This document shows positions 12,408-24,430 of a stretch of DNA of 64,000 nucleotides, in pieces. A program made the position numbers and the translations under genes. The notes beneath the pieces are model-generated. The model was not told where the DNA came from and did not search any database. It worked only from the letters and a program-made list of their open reading frames with translations. Source of the stretch: Camelus ferus (Eukaryota); the NCBI RefSeq assembly GCF_009834535.1, contig NC_045696.1, positions 118,856,001 through 118,920,000 on the forward strand, in the 5' to 3' direction. Every line of letters begins with the position of its first letter. Positions within the stretch are counted from its first letter, which is position 1.

Positions 12408-12496
12408 AGGGGAGGGTGTAGCTCAGTGGTAGAGCGTGTGCTTAGCATGCACGAGGTCCTGGGTTCAATCCCCAGTGCCTCCATTAAAAAAAAAAA
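12408..12496 (+). mobile_element. Vic-1-type SINE, short form (tRNA head plus polyA)
   Basis: Intact A and B boxes. TSD taaaggct(g/a)cagaaaat at 12390-12406 and 12505-12521. Confidence 0.92.
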
Positions 12497-12521
12497 GGTT
12501 ATTCTAAAGGCTACAGAAAAT

Positions 12522-12583
12522 AGTCCAGATCTAAAATGAATGAATGAATGAAACAGTCCAGATCTAAGATGAATGAATGAATG
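12522..12583. repeat. Tandem duplication of about 33 bp (agtccagatctaa + (atga)n)
   Basis: Two copies seen directly. Confidence 0.85.
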
Positions 12584-13800
12584 GCTCAAAATATGAAAAG
12601 GGAAAAATAATAGTAAAAAAAAAACATTAAAATCATCTTAATTCTCAAAAGAAAAATGTTTTCATTGCTGGGGATGTACTTAATACAGTTCATATGAGGA
12701 GTGATTTTTATGTAGGGTGATTGGAGGTCTCAAATGACTTAAACTAAGAGGGCTCTCACTTTGCTATCATTCTTTTAAGGACATTTTCCACATTTTATTT
12801 ACATTTTAATACTAACTTGAATCTCAAAGTTACATATCTATTCACCTATTTCTTTGGTGTTGGTTTTACTTAAACTTGAATGCATGGGAAACAGAGACTA
12901 TAAACAAATATTTAATGTATCTGGAACATGTAACACACAAAAGCTGCTTTGAACAGAAACCCCACTCCCCCTACCTTTTATTTTCTAACTACAGATGTCA
13001 GAACAATCCTGTGCATATTTTTTATTCTGTTGGTGGCCAGCAAGCACATCTCTGCAAACATTAACACAATTAACAGCAGTATTCATGGACCTGCTATTTT
13101 TTTCACGATTTAAACTACAGCTTTTTTTGCTAAGCACAGGGGGATAAGGCAAAAGAGTCATTGTTCGGGGATTTGTTTTTGGAAATGTAGGTTATCTGAC
13201 ACTTCTTGCCATATTTACATCTTGTAAGCCCAGACATTTGGGGTATTCTGGGTTTATGCTTAAATGCTGCCTTGATAGGGGAAAAATGTGTGTTTCGTTT
13301 TCTTCCCTTTGTCTGAAAATATGATAGGTGTCCATATATTTAATATATTCTTATGACTCTCCATGTCATGTTTACCAGCTGAGATTCATGGGTAAGTGGT
13401 TTGCACCATGACATTCACACCATGAACACGAGTAGAAGGTATGTCAATTTAAGCAAGTTTGAGATACACTAAAATTAATCATTGTTTGTCTTTCAGATAG
13501 CTATGAAAATTCATATTTCCTTTGAATGTCATTATATTTCTTAGCTCTTAGAGTCCAACTTTAATGCTGCCTAAATTTGGCCATTTTGCCAACATTTGTA
13601 CACTCCACGCATCCTCTGTTCCACTAGAATTATTTATTCAATTCGTATTTTGTGACCCAAAAAAAGCTAGTAGAGGAGCTTCTGAGTATTTAGGTCCACA
13701 TTCTATTTTGTGGCTGTATATTCTGTTGTCAGTGGAGACTTCTGGACTTGCTGGCGGAGCCAGTCCTATGGCCCCGTCTCCATGTCAAATGTTCCTCTTG

Positions 13801-13948
13801 GAGGAGAGGGTATAGCTCAGTAGTAGAGTGTGTGCTTAACACACACGAGGTTCTGAGTTCAAGCCCCAGTACCTCCATTAACAAAATAATAATAAATAAG
13901 TAAATAAATAACCTAATTACCTACCCCCAAAAAAAGAAATCACCCAGA
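13801..13948 (+). mobile_element. Vic-1-type SINE, long form
   Basis: Perfect TSD aaatgttcctcttg at 13787-13800 and 13949-13962. Confidence 0.95.
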
Positions 13949-13999
13949 AAATGTTCCTCTTGAGGCATTATTTTGTTACACCTACAGATTTTTATTAAT

Positions 14000-14250
14000 T
14001 TTTCAAAGCACATACGCTGGGTAATGTGTCCTAGGTACTGTTTTCAGTCATAGATGTATATTAACCCATATAACCCCCACAACAACCTTGTGTATTAGAC
14101 GCTATTATTATCATCTTCATTTTACAGATAAGAACATTGAGGCACAGAGAGGTTAAGTAACTTGTTCAAGATCACACAGCTAAGCAAGTGGCAGAGCCAG
14201 GATCTGAACCTGGCTCTAGAGTCTGTCCACTAACCACTGTGCTATGCTGC
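14000..14250 (-). mobile_element. Near full-length MIR
   Basis: cattttacagataagaacattgaggcacagagaggttaagtaacttgttcaagatcacacagct...ggcagagccagga. Confidence 0.9.
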
Positions 14251-15094
14251 TCCCCACCTCTCAGTGTCTGGGGGTCCCACTAATCTGTAGACTCCCAGTG
14301 TGACTCTGGGTCTGAGGTCCTGTCCAGGTGTGAGAGTCCATGGGGGGGGGGGGGAGTCTGGAGAGAGCAGAGGCGTGTATGGGGTCCTAGTGCACACACA
14401 CCAACAGACTGGGGGGCCCACAGGTTGTGAGGGGTTTTCCTGATGTTGAGCGATTCCAATGCCCTCTGTGAAGCATCCTTCTCCAGCCTCAGGTCACCAG
14501 CTGCTGAAAAACCAGAGCTCAGGGCCCTCTGCCACCTCAGCAAAAAACCAGCCCTAGCCCCGCCATTACATCCCTTTGCTCAAGCGCGAACAATGACGTC
14601 TCTGCCCTCCGTCTAATATTCTTCTCCTCCTTGCACGTTCGGGGACTTTAACAGGATAAAGGTTGTCTGAAAAGGGGATGATGCATGAACTTCGGAATAA
14701 TTCTGCTTGTATCAGTGAATTGCCAGGGCACCACCGGGAGGCTTTCCTGGGAAGACTAATGATCATCCGAAATCAAACAGAAACAGACCGAGGCCAAAGA
14801 ACAGTAACTCACACCCCAAATGAACACATGAAATGAACCCTCAGCCCTGGGTCTGACGTCAGACGGTAGTCAGATTTTTGAAAAATGTAAGAAAGCCGGC
14901 GGTGGGGGTGGAGGGGCAGGTGGACAGCACCACTGCACGAAGAGTTACCTTCGAGTCAGCTCGTGTGAAACGCAGAGGCCCGCTGTGAGGACACTGAGCG
15001 CGGAAGTCTTTAGCACGACTGTTGGTAGCCACGGACCCCTCATTGCGCGTGCTACAGAGTTCTGTCAAAAAGCAAGTGGATTCGCATTCATGTG

Positions 15095-15535
15095 GTCCTT
15101 GCCTGGGGATGATTCCCTGGGAAACTGACTCTGAGATGGGGGTTCATGTGCAGGAGGTTGATGAGAAGTTTGTTAAAAGGAAGGGAAAGAAGCAGGGCTG
15201 GGCAGAGGGGGATGTTGGGTCGTGATGCAGGCACAACAGAGGCTTCGACCAGCCCTGGGGAGCGGGGGGCTCTGGAGCTGAATGGGACAGCGCCGGAGGG
15301 TGGTCCCAGGGAGGGGCAAGCAGGGGTGCTGGGCTTTGACCTCTCCACGGACCAGTCATCAGATGCAAGCTGCCCTGGGAAGATGGCATGGCCTTGGGTG
15401 AGGCAGCTCCTCCCAGCCAAGGGCAGTTCTGAAGACGATTGAGGGCCGTCTGCTGACAGCACTCCCAAGAGCCGGGGAAATAGGTCCTTCAGCCTCAGAG
15501 GTGTATCTGGGCGATGTATCCTGGCATCCACTACA
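15095..15535 (-). mobile_element. LTR16-like ERVL solo LTR
   Basis: ttccctgggaaactgactctgagatgg...tgtgcaggagg...gaagcagggctgggcagagggg; ends catccactaca. Confidence 0.8.
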
Positions 15536-15865
15536 TTTCTTTAACAAGTATTATCAACATCAACTGTGCATCTGGCACTAGGCTCAGGTCTGCAGGGAAA
15601 GGACCAGAAGCAAGATATGCATGATTCTATTCCTCGAGGATTTTCCAAAGTCCAAAATGAGAAATCTCCACTCCATCAGGAGGGCACATTGAAAGCCTTT
15701 GACTTAAAAAGCACTAAAAGCCTGTTTGCTTTTGTTTGACATCAAAACCAGTTTGTTTCCCCTTCCTCCACTTTGGAGTGGTTCTTCAAGAGTTCCTTGA
15801 GGAAGGATGCTAACCTGTGTCTCTTAGAGCTCATGTGGGTGGCTTGACTCTTCATTGCGATCAAA

Positions 15866-16240
15866 GAATCATGGAATTTTAGACCAAGAAGAGACTTCAG
15901 AGGTTATAGGGTAGGACCTGTCTCCCAGCGTTGGAGACATCCTTACTACAGCACCTCTGACACGAGATGACTCAGCTTGACTTGTGCACACCTCCAAGGA
16001 CAGAGAGCTCACTATCCAGGGAGGAACCCCCTTCCACTGTTGGATAACTTCCTTCCGTTGCCACCAATGACCTCCTCCCACTGGTCCTAGTTCTGCTGTC
16101 TTGAGCAGCACCAGGTATCCGTGGTCCTTCGGGTATCAGCAGATACCCACTCACCTTAATCTCCTCTTCTCCAAGCTAAACACACCACACCCTCCGACTG
16201 TACCTCATAGGATTCTGTCTTCTCAGTACCTTCCTGGTGT
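15866..16240 (-). mobile_element. L3/CR1 LINE 3' end
   Basis: gaatcatggaattttag...acctccaaggacagagagctcact...ttccactgttgga...cccactggtcctagttctgc...ctcttctccaagctaaac. Confidence 0.8.
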
Positions 16241-16355
16241 CTCCCTTGTGTCCCCAATTACTCCTTGACTGAGTTCAGGCCTTGGCCTTTGTTGTTCACA
16301 ACAGGTCTAAACTGCCCTCCCAGAACCCATTATATTGCAGGCCAGAACCATCTTT

Positions 16356-16443
16356 CTGTTTGTTTGAACAGCGGTACTGGGGATTGAACCCAGGACCTTG
16401 TGCATGCTAAGCACGTGCTGTACCACTGAGCTACACCCTCCCT
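16356..16443 (-). mobile_element. Vic-1-type SINE, short form
   Basis: ggtactggggattgaacccaggacc...accactgagctacaccctccc. Confidence 0.92.
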
Positions 16444-16460
16444 CAACCAGAGTCATCTTT

Positions 16461-16611
16461 TTTTTTTTAATGCTTTAATTAATTATTGTTTTGGGGAGAG
16501 GTAATTAGGTGTATTTATTTACTGATTTATTTTAATGGAGGTATTGGGGCTTGAACCCTGGACCTCACGCATGCTAAGCACACACTCCACCACTGAGCTC
16601 TACCCACCCCC
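16461..16611 (-). mobile_element. Vic-1-type SINE, long form
   Basis: ggtaattagg tail plus tRNA-like head. Confidence 0.92.
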
Positions 16612-17179
16612 TCAGAAGCATCTTTTTGAAACACACAAGCCTGCTAGTCACCCCCCAAGCCCTACACTAGAATCCCTAACACAGTGCAGATGGCCCTTCA
16701 AGATGGGCTCCCGCCTAATGTTTGGGTCGCAACTCCCACCACTTCTAATGTGCACCCTACGATCAAAAGACCCTCTTTTCTTCACATGTGTTGTCCCCCA
16801 GCTCCGCCCTTCCTGCCGTGCCTGCTCTTCCTAGCGAACTTCTATTTAATCTTTGGAATCCAGTTCAAAAGTCAGCCCCTCTGTGTGGAGAACCCCAAGT
16901 TGTCCCCTTCTCTGTGCTTCTGCAGCACTGCTCAGCCCTCTCTTTTACTGTTCATCACATTGTTCAGTAATTATCAGCTAAGTCTACCTTCCAATTAGAA
17001 TGTAAGCCTTTGAGAGCAGCGACTTCTGGTTTATTCTCGGTATAGTGTACTTGAGTGCCTGAGTAAATGAATGAATAAGGGAATGGATATAAAATACTTT
17101 TCAGAACCTTCATCAGCATAATCATCTCCCTCTGCATTGTTAGATTTCTCTTAAGATTGCTTAAGGACATCTTCGCTCT

Positions 17180-17480
17180 TTGAGTATACAGTTATATTTT
17201 TGAACCTGAGAACAGAAATTTGCATTTCTCCCTGCAAAATTCTATCCGTAGATTTATTGTCTGTCCTGATAAAGTCCAGTCTTAATTCTGTTCCCTGTTA
17301 TGTGAGTTAGTCTTGTCTCGGTTTTGTACCATTTGTACCACTCTTGTACCTGAAAAGGGATAATGTTATGTCTTCAAACACACAACGGACAAAATGGATG
17401 ACCAGAACTGGGCCAACAGCTCATAACTTTCCCCTACTAGCCTCCTTCCAGATGCCAAGACGACCAGCCACACCCCTGTA
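17180..17480 (-). mobile_element. L3/CR1 LINE RT region (continuation)
   Basis: tttttgaacctgagaacagaaatttgcatttctccctg...tatgtcttca...cagaactgggccaa...cctccttccag. Confidence 0.6.
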
Positions 17481-19749
17481 GTTTTGCTATAAAGAGTCCA
17501 ATTATCTCTTCCTCATTGAAATACTAGCCAGTTTTTTTCCACCTTTTTTTCTTAATGATAGAAGAGTGAGTCTATTATTAAAGCCCTGAACTTGTTTTTA
17601 AAAAGAGGTTCTAATGTGATTAGGGATGTAAAGTAGTGACAATTTTCTTGGATTTTTCAAAAAGCATATTTTAAAACCTTATCTTTATTCTTGACCCCAT
17701 GCTTAGTACACACTGATGACCAGACTCGTATCTTGAACTCATGAAGGGAAGAGAAAAACAGAATTTGGTAACGTATTGCTGGTTCTTTCCTAAAGCCGGA
17801 TGCAGACTCTGTGTCACATTAGTCTTCGCGAGCTTAACATTACTCTAAAAAGGCAGGTCTTTGTGTTACTCAGTCCCTCCCTAAAACAAAATGGCACAGT
17901 TAGGTTATAGATTAAATCTCGCCCCCTTAAGCAATTTTGAGCACGTCTCTTGCTCTAAAATGAAAAAACCTTCTTTTCTTTTAGCGCCTTCTAAGCAGGG
18001 CCCCTCTGAAAACAAGCTTGAGCGTTCTTCCCGCTGTCGAGTGGAGCCGGGAGCACCGTGCTGATGACGGGGTGCGTCACGTGGGAACATCAAGCTCATC
18101 TGTAAGACCTGAGAGTTAAAAGGGGGCAAACAGATGATCTGCGCTCACTTTTCCAGCTCCAGTGGCGGAGCCCCAGGTGACGCTCAGTAACACGTGGCTG
18201 ACTGAGGAATTAAGATACCATGGCCCCGCTGGCTTAAAATACAGACCCTTAACCCAATTCTAGGCCTTTTAGAGAGTTCCTTGACTGATTCATAATCAGA
18301 GCCAAAACTGTTACATTCAACGGAGGGAATCTGGGACCGAGGATAAGGGATACACAGAGGAATGAAATTTAGAGACTTCCAGATCCCACTGGAATGTACA
18401 AATTAAAAGACACAACATTCATCTCCATCATGGACCTCCTGAATATTTTTCACTGACCTTTTCATCATGATAGAGTTTTCAAATCCACCAAGAAAGCTGA
18501 AATGGCAAGGCACTAATATATTTTCATGCATACTCTGACTTTGAAAGAGTCTGTCTAACCTTGTTTTTCACTTGCTAAAGAATCTGTTGACCTAACCTAA
18601 GCTTATTGTGACCCTCAGCCCCCAGAAGTCATTTCCACCAAGGTGAAAATGAGATTAAAGCATTACTCGTTAAATGAGAACATTTGAAGAAAAGTCAGGG
18701 CTAAATCCAGAAGATGCCAGTACCTCGGGTGTTCAAATTGTATTCAAATTTTTCCAAATAAGCTAGTTAGGAATCTAAGGATGAGGCAGTAACTCATCGC
18801 CTTACTGAAACAAAACTAGATAATGTCCCTTCGGCAGTAAAACATTCAGAAAGTCCAAAACACAGTCTTAGTCATTCCTCACTTCTGACTCATGCAAATT
18901 TTCGGAAATAGTCCTCCTTTGAATGTTGCTGCAACGGAAAACACGAAGAGCAAGGTTGTTTTGGCACAACTTCACTCTTGTTTTGTTGAGTTATGAACTG
19001 TGTTTAGTTTCACGCTTTTGATCTTGTGCATTCTGGGTGATATATTTGCCCACATAACATCGCTATGTACATTAGAAATAGGCCTGCCATGACAGCTACT
19101 AGGATTTAAAAATTCTCCAGACAGCTACTCACAGAAATTTCTCCTCTAGTAATCTATTACTTTCCACCATGAAAACACTTAATGCCATCCAAGTAAAATA
19201 AATTTCATATAATATACATTGTAATACCATTCATTTGAGCGTATGACATTGCCGTTGTGCATCCGGAAAAGTTGATGAGAAGTAAATGTTTATGCACAGC
19301 TTTACTTTTGGAAATAAGGAGGGAAAATGCATTTATAAATGTCAGTGGTATCAGGACACATTCTGTCAACAACTGTAAAAGAGAGAAAGCTGTTCCCATC
19401 AGTCTAGCTCAAGGGTAGTTTGTTTCTGGGAAACGATGCTAAGCGGCTCTAGTCTGCCATGATCGCTCCCTTCTCTGAAGCTCACTGGAAACTTAAGGCC
19501 GCCTCCTTCATCTTGACCCTGAACTATATCCTGTCTTGTGTTTTGAAGCATGGAATTTGGAGTCAGTTGGAGATAGGCTTGAATCTCATATTGGTCTTCA
19601 TCAAAAAAAAGGAGCAACTGCACCTTCCACGAAGGGTTGTTTTAAGGATGAATAAACTAAGGTATGCAAAAATTTAACGGTATAAAACCAATAGCTGTTA
19701 TTTGTGATTTGACAGTTATATGTGTTACATACCTCCTGAAACATTGAGA

Positions 19750-19960
19750 GGGAGATGAAAGGTCATGATGTTTTGCAACTTACTTTCAAATGGTTCAAGG
19801 AATAAATAAATATAAATATATATATATATAGAGAGAGAGAGAGGGAATGAAAGACCAAAGTTAACAACCACTGATACTAGATGAAGAGTATAGAGATGTT
19901 TATTATACCAACTTTTTTCAAATTTTTCATAGATCAGAAATTTTTAAAATAAAAAAAAAC
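19750..19960 (+). mobile_element. Old L1 (L1MC/L1ME-like) 3' end with (TA)n(GA)n
   Basis: catgatgttttgcaacttactttcaaatggttca...tagatgaagagtatagagatgtttatt. Confidence 0.7.
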
Positions 19961-21464
19961 ATAAGAAAATGTAAATTAAATTGTATCATTTTCTTGCTTA
20001 ATGTTAAAAATAAGTTACTTACGCCCTTTCACTTTTCCATCTTATAGTGACCATGTGCACGGTGCACATGAAAGCCGACTGTCACGGCTGATTCCCCAGT
20101 CAGTCTCTCCACGTGTCTGTTTTAATCATCATTTCATACTCTCACCTCACCAGCTGGCCAATCCTATGACTCCATCCTTAAAAATTTGCTTCTCATTTTG
20201 ATATCCCATTTAGTTTCTCTTTCTGCCTTGTGGGGATCCTAGTTCATTTGTTCAGGGCTTGATTTTTTTTAACTTAAAAACGCAATTCATATTTGTAGTG
20301 AAATATAAAATTCGGTCTACACTGAACTGTAGAGAGGAGAACAAGTAAATGTCACGTCCTCTCCACTTTGTGGTCTCACTTGTCAAAACAACTACTTTTA
20401 ATAATTCAGCATGTATTCTTTCTCAGGTGGCTTTCTATCCACATTCAAATATATAGGGACATCTATATTTTTGTTTTTTAAAAATTGTATTATATATTTT
20501 TTCTTAGCTTATGGCATTGGCTTGGACTTCTAGAACACTGTAAATTACAATTGTTCTAGAAGTCTACAATTCTACAATTGTATAGAATTACAATAATAAC
20601 AAATGTCCTTAAATTATTCCTGATTCTCTCCTTTTATAATCATATTGTCAGATTTAAATTTTACTTCTTTTGATAGTCTTTTCCAAAATCAACTCTTATT
20701 AATGGGGTAAGCCTAATTTCCCTACAGGTAATAGAAATCAACCAGTTAGACTCTTAACCCCTTAAAGGCAGGAACTATTTCTCATACTTTGTATTCCCTT
20801 TTGGACTTACCCGTTCATTTGCGGTTTCCCACTTGTTGAGTGAAAGGACCAAATAAAAAATACCTTTTTTGGGATGTGAAAACTGAAAGTCAGTTTTACT
20901 GTGGATTAGTTTTGATGGACTAGAAATGCATCATAATTATTCTGCAAACATTACTGTTGGAGGCTGACAACTGAAATTTAATAGCTTCTAGACAAACATA
21001 CCTCCAGCAGGTTTTAATTTTAGGCCTGCTGGGATCAACAATTGGGTGACTGCATGCAATAATTTGACTAAATAAAGGTATCAAATGAAAAGCTAACAAG
21101 ACTTCCTCTCTAAGTCTTTAAATTTTTTTTTTTTTTTGTAAAATCCAATAAAACCTACCATGACTTCCCCATTTCTAGAGCTGGAATTTAGGGTAGAGGT
21201 ATTACTGGCAGAAAGAATGATTGATGAAAGTAGAACATCTTTATAGTAAGCCAGAATGCATCCATAACAATATCTATTCCCGGCAAAGTTAGAAAAAGAG
21301 TGAATTGACCACATGGGCGTAATTTTCAATGTGTCAAACAATAGAAATATGATCTTCCTCAAGAGAAAACTGCACACACAGTTATTAAATCTCTCTGTAT
21401 TTCACTGTGAGGAATTTGGATGGAGTCATTGAACTTTTTATTGGTGAGTTGTGAGAGTACCTAA

Positions 21465-21776
21465 TACGTATACTATATATATGGAGAGAGAGATTTCAAG
21501 GAATTGGCTTATACCGTTATGGAACTGGCAGGTTCCAAATTTACAGGGCAAACCGACAGGCTGGATTTCTTCTTCAGGAAAACCTCAGTTTTGTTGTTAA
21601 GGTCTTTCAACTGACTGGTTGAAGACCATCCAGAGGATTAAAGCAGTTCTCCTTTGCTTAAAGTCCATTGGCAGCACATACAAAAATGCCTTCAGAGCAA
21701 CACCTCAATCAGTGTTTAACTGAATAACTGGGTACCATAGCCTCGCCAAATTGACACAGAAAACCAACCATAACAG
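21465..21776 (-). mobile_element. MLT2-type ERVL LTR
   Basis: aaggaattggctt...ggaaaacctcagtttt...ttcaactgactgg...gcaacacct...gtgtttaactgaataactggg...aaccataaca. Confidence 0.8.
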
Positions 21777-22224
21777 TCACCAACTACTTAGGTTTCCTTC
21801 CAAGTTCACCAACAATATCCTGGCTGCTAAATCTGGAGCCCCTTCATTGGAGCTCATTCTTTGTTGCAGTTCACTATCCTCCTTTTAAAAACCCTCCCTT
21901 ACTAGATTATGGGCCTTCCTATTCCAAGCTAAGTGTTCTCTCCAGTTTCCAATATAGCTTTTCAAAAAAAATAAACATCATGTTTCTTAAGAGCAAGTTT
22001 AATACCATGGGAATCTTATGACATGCTAATTATTTCAAAAGTGACAATTTGTGGATGTGGTGAGCGTTAAATTGAATTAACCAGGGCCCTAGGGACCACC
22101 AGGAAATCAGGGAAATCTAGGTCCAAATGTTGCATTTTATAGATGGAGAAATAACAGCCAGAACATTCTATTCCCCTATCACTGATAATCATCAAGAATT
22201 TTCAGTAAAAGATATGACTCCCAG

Positions 22225-23092
22225 TAGAAAGACAAATAACCCAATTTAGAATGCAAAACGGATTTGAACAGAGATTTTCCCGAATAAGATACACAAAAGG
22301 CCAATTGGCACATGAAAAGACTCTCAACGTGGTTCTTCACTGGAGAAATGCAAATCAGACCACAGTGAGATACCGCTTCACCCGACCAGGATGGCCAAAA
22401 TGAAAAGGGGAGACAATAAGAAGTGTTGGCAAGGACATGGAAAAATTGGAACCGTCACACACTGCTAGTGGGGTTGTCAAATGGGGGTTCCACTTTGGAA
22501 GACAGTTAGCAAGTTTCTCAAACTATTAATCATAGAGTTACCATATACCACTCCTATGTATGTACCCAAGAGAATTAAAAACACGTTTACACAAAAATTT
22601 ACGCACAAATGTTCATGGTAGCATTAGTCATTGTAGGTAAAAAGTAGGAGCAATTCAAATATCCAACTGAGGAATGGACAAACAAAACACAGTATGTCCA
22701 TACAATGGAATATTGTTCATCTATAGAAAGGAATGAAGTGCTGGTTCAGGCTACAGTGTGGAGGAACCTTGAAAACATTTTGGTAAATAGAGGAGCCACA
22801 CACAAAAGACCACATCTGTATAATTCCATTGATAAGAAATGTCCAGAAGAGGCAAATCCATAAAGACAAAAAGGAGGTGGCCAGGAGCTGAGGGGAGAGG
22901 GAAGTGGGGAGTGACTGCCAACAGGAATGCGGTTTCTTTTGGGAGCTGATGAAAAGATTCTGAAATTAGATAATGGTGATGACTGTACAACTCTGTAAAT
23001 ATATTAAAAACAACTGTACATTCTAAAAGGGTATGATGCTAAAAGAGTACATTTTATCATATGTGAATTATATCACATTAAAGCTCAAAAAA
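22225..23092 (+). mobile_element. L1MB-like 3' end (ORF2 C-terminus plus 3' UTR)
   Basis: gaaatgcaaatcagaccacagtgagatacc...tacccaagagaattaaaaaca...acaatggaatatt...ggtgatgactgtacaactctgt. Confidence 0.88.
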
Positions 23093-23594
23093 CCTAAGTC
23101 AATATATCTTGCTACCATTTTTGTTCTTGTGGTCATAGAATCTTTTCAATTATTAGACTTGTGTGTGTGAAATGAGAATTCACACTCTTGGAAAACCACT
23201 GATGTTTGTCTAATTGAAATACAAAGAAAATAACTGATATTTTCTTTTAAGAGGTAAATAATTAATCTTTTTAAGATAGAAGAAATAAGTTTTCCCTTTG
23301 ACCATGAATAGTTTTATAATATACTGATACTACGTAACATAATTGCAACATATACAATTTCAACCTTAATTTAAGTTGCATATTTTCTTTCCTCTGCATC
23401 CTGTACTCAAAAAGAACTGACAGCCTAATACCAGGTTGAATTATAGTACTACATCAGAAGGCTCTGTTTGCTAGAAAGGAAACAGATTTCTTTGATTTGA
23501 GCTTAAGTTTAAAGTAATCTAACTAACCCTAACCCTGCAAGATTTAATTCTCTACTAGATTATTTCAGCCTATTTTCATTATCATCCCCTCCAA

Positions 23595-23826
23595 GAGTGT
23601 TTCTCAGTCTGTTTATTCATTTTTGCCCCCAAGACACCTTCATAGATGCTTTTTCCTTAATTGCTCCTCTCCTTCATGAATTTTAATACTACAGATATGC
23701 TATATATCTGTCTATATACTCTATGTACCATATACCTATGCTTTATCCATAAAAAAGGTAAGATTTTTCACCAACAAAACCAATTTTCACTTCCTTTGGG
23801 GTGATATCACCCCTGTTGAGAATGTG
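23595..23826. mobile_element. hAT-Charlie MITE (MER106-like)
   Basis: gtgtttctca...catgaattttaatactacagatat...ggggtgatatcacccctgttgagaatg, with terminal inverted repeat remnants. Confidence 0.65.
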
Positions 23827-23849
23827 TCGCATACTCTTAAAATTCATGT

Positions 23850-24430
23850 GTGTACCCAGTGTTCATAGCAGCACTATATACAATAGCCAAGACATGGAAA
23901 CGACCTAAATGTCCATTGACAGATGACTGGATAAAGAAGATGTGGTATATTTATACAATGGAATACTACTCAGCCATGAAAAAGAATGAAATAATGCCAT
24001 TTGCAGCAACATGGATAGACCTAGAGATGATCATACTAAGTAAGTCAGATAGAAAAAGACAAATATCATATGATCTCATTTATATGTGGAATCTAAAACA
24101 ATATACAAACTTTATTTATAAACCAGAAATAGACTCATGGACATGGAAAACAAACTACAATTATCAAAGGGAAAAAGTAGCAGAGGAGGGATAAATTAGC
24201 AGTTTGGGTTTAACAGACACACACTACTATATATAAAATAGATAAACAACAAGGACCTACTGTATAGCATGGGGAACTATATTCAATTTCTTGTAATGGC
24301 TTACAATGGAAAAGAATTTGAAAATATATGTGTATATATGTATGTATATGTATAGCTGAATTGCTTTGCTGTACACCTGAAACTAACATTGTAAATCAAC
24401 TACACTTCAGCAAAAAATAAAATTAAAAAA
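23850..24430 (+). mobile_element. Young L1, 5'-truncated
   Basis: ORF PVFIAALYTIAKTWKRPKCP...WYIYTMEYYSA is L1 ORF2 C-terminus. TSD aaaattcatgt at 23839-23849 and 24428-24438. Confidence 0.95.

Larger units (their letters stand above)
16270..17080 (+). mobile_element. L2 3' portion, interrupted by two SINEs
   Basis: tagaatgtaagcctttgagagcag...tgagtaaatgaatgaat forms the L2 terminus. Confidence 0.7.

Noticed and set aside
12410..12484. tRNA-Ala(AGC) gene
   Set aside because: Acceptor stem is mismatched, it is followed by polyA rather than a T-run terminator, and it has a TSD. It is a SINE, as are the other copies.
13370..13500. Splice-like signals (TGG|GTAAGT, AAG|GTATGT, tctttcAG)
   Set aside because: No coherent exon or reading frame; such motifs are expected by chance.
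23850..24194. L1-like ORFs as genes (also 33991, 43739, 54004, 55994, 56599)
   Set aside because: Frameshifted, truncated LINE-1 ORF2 remnants; no intact ORF1 or ORF2.
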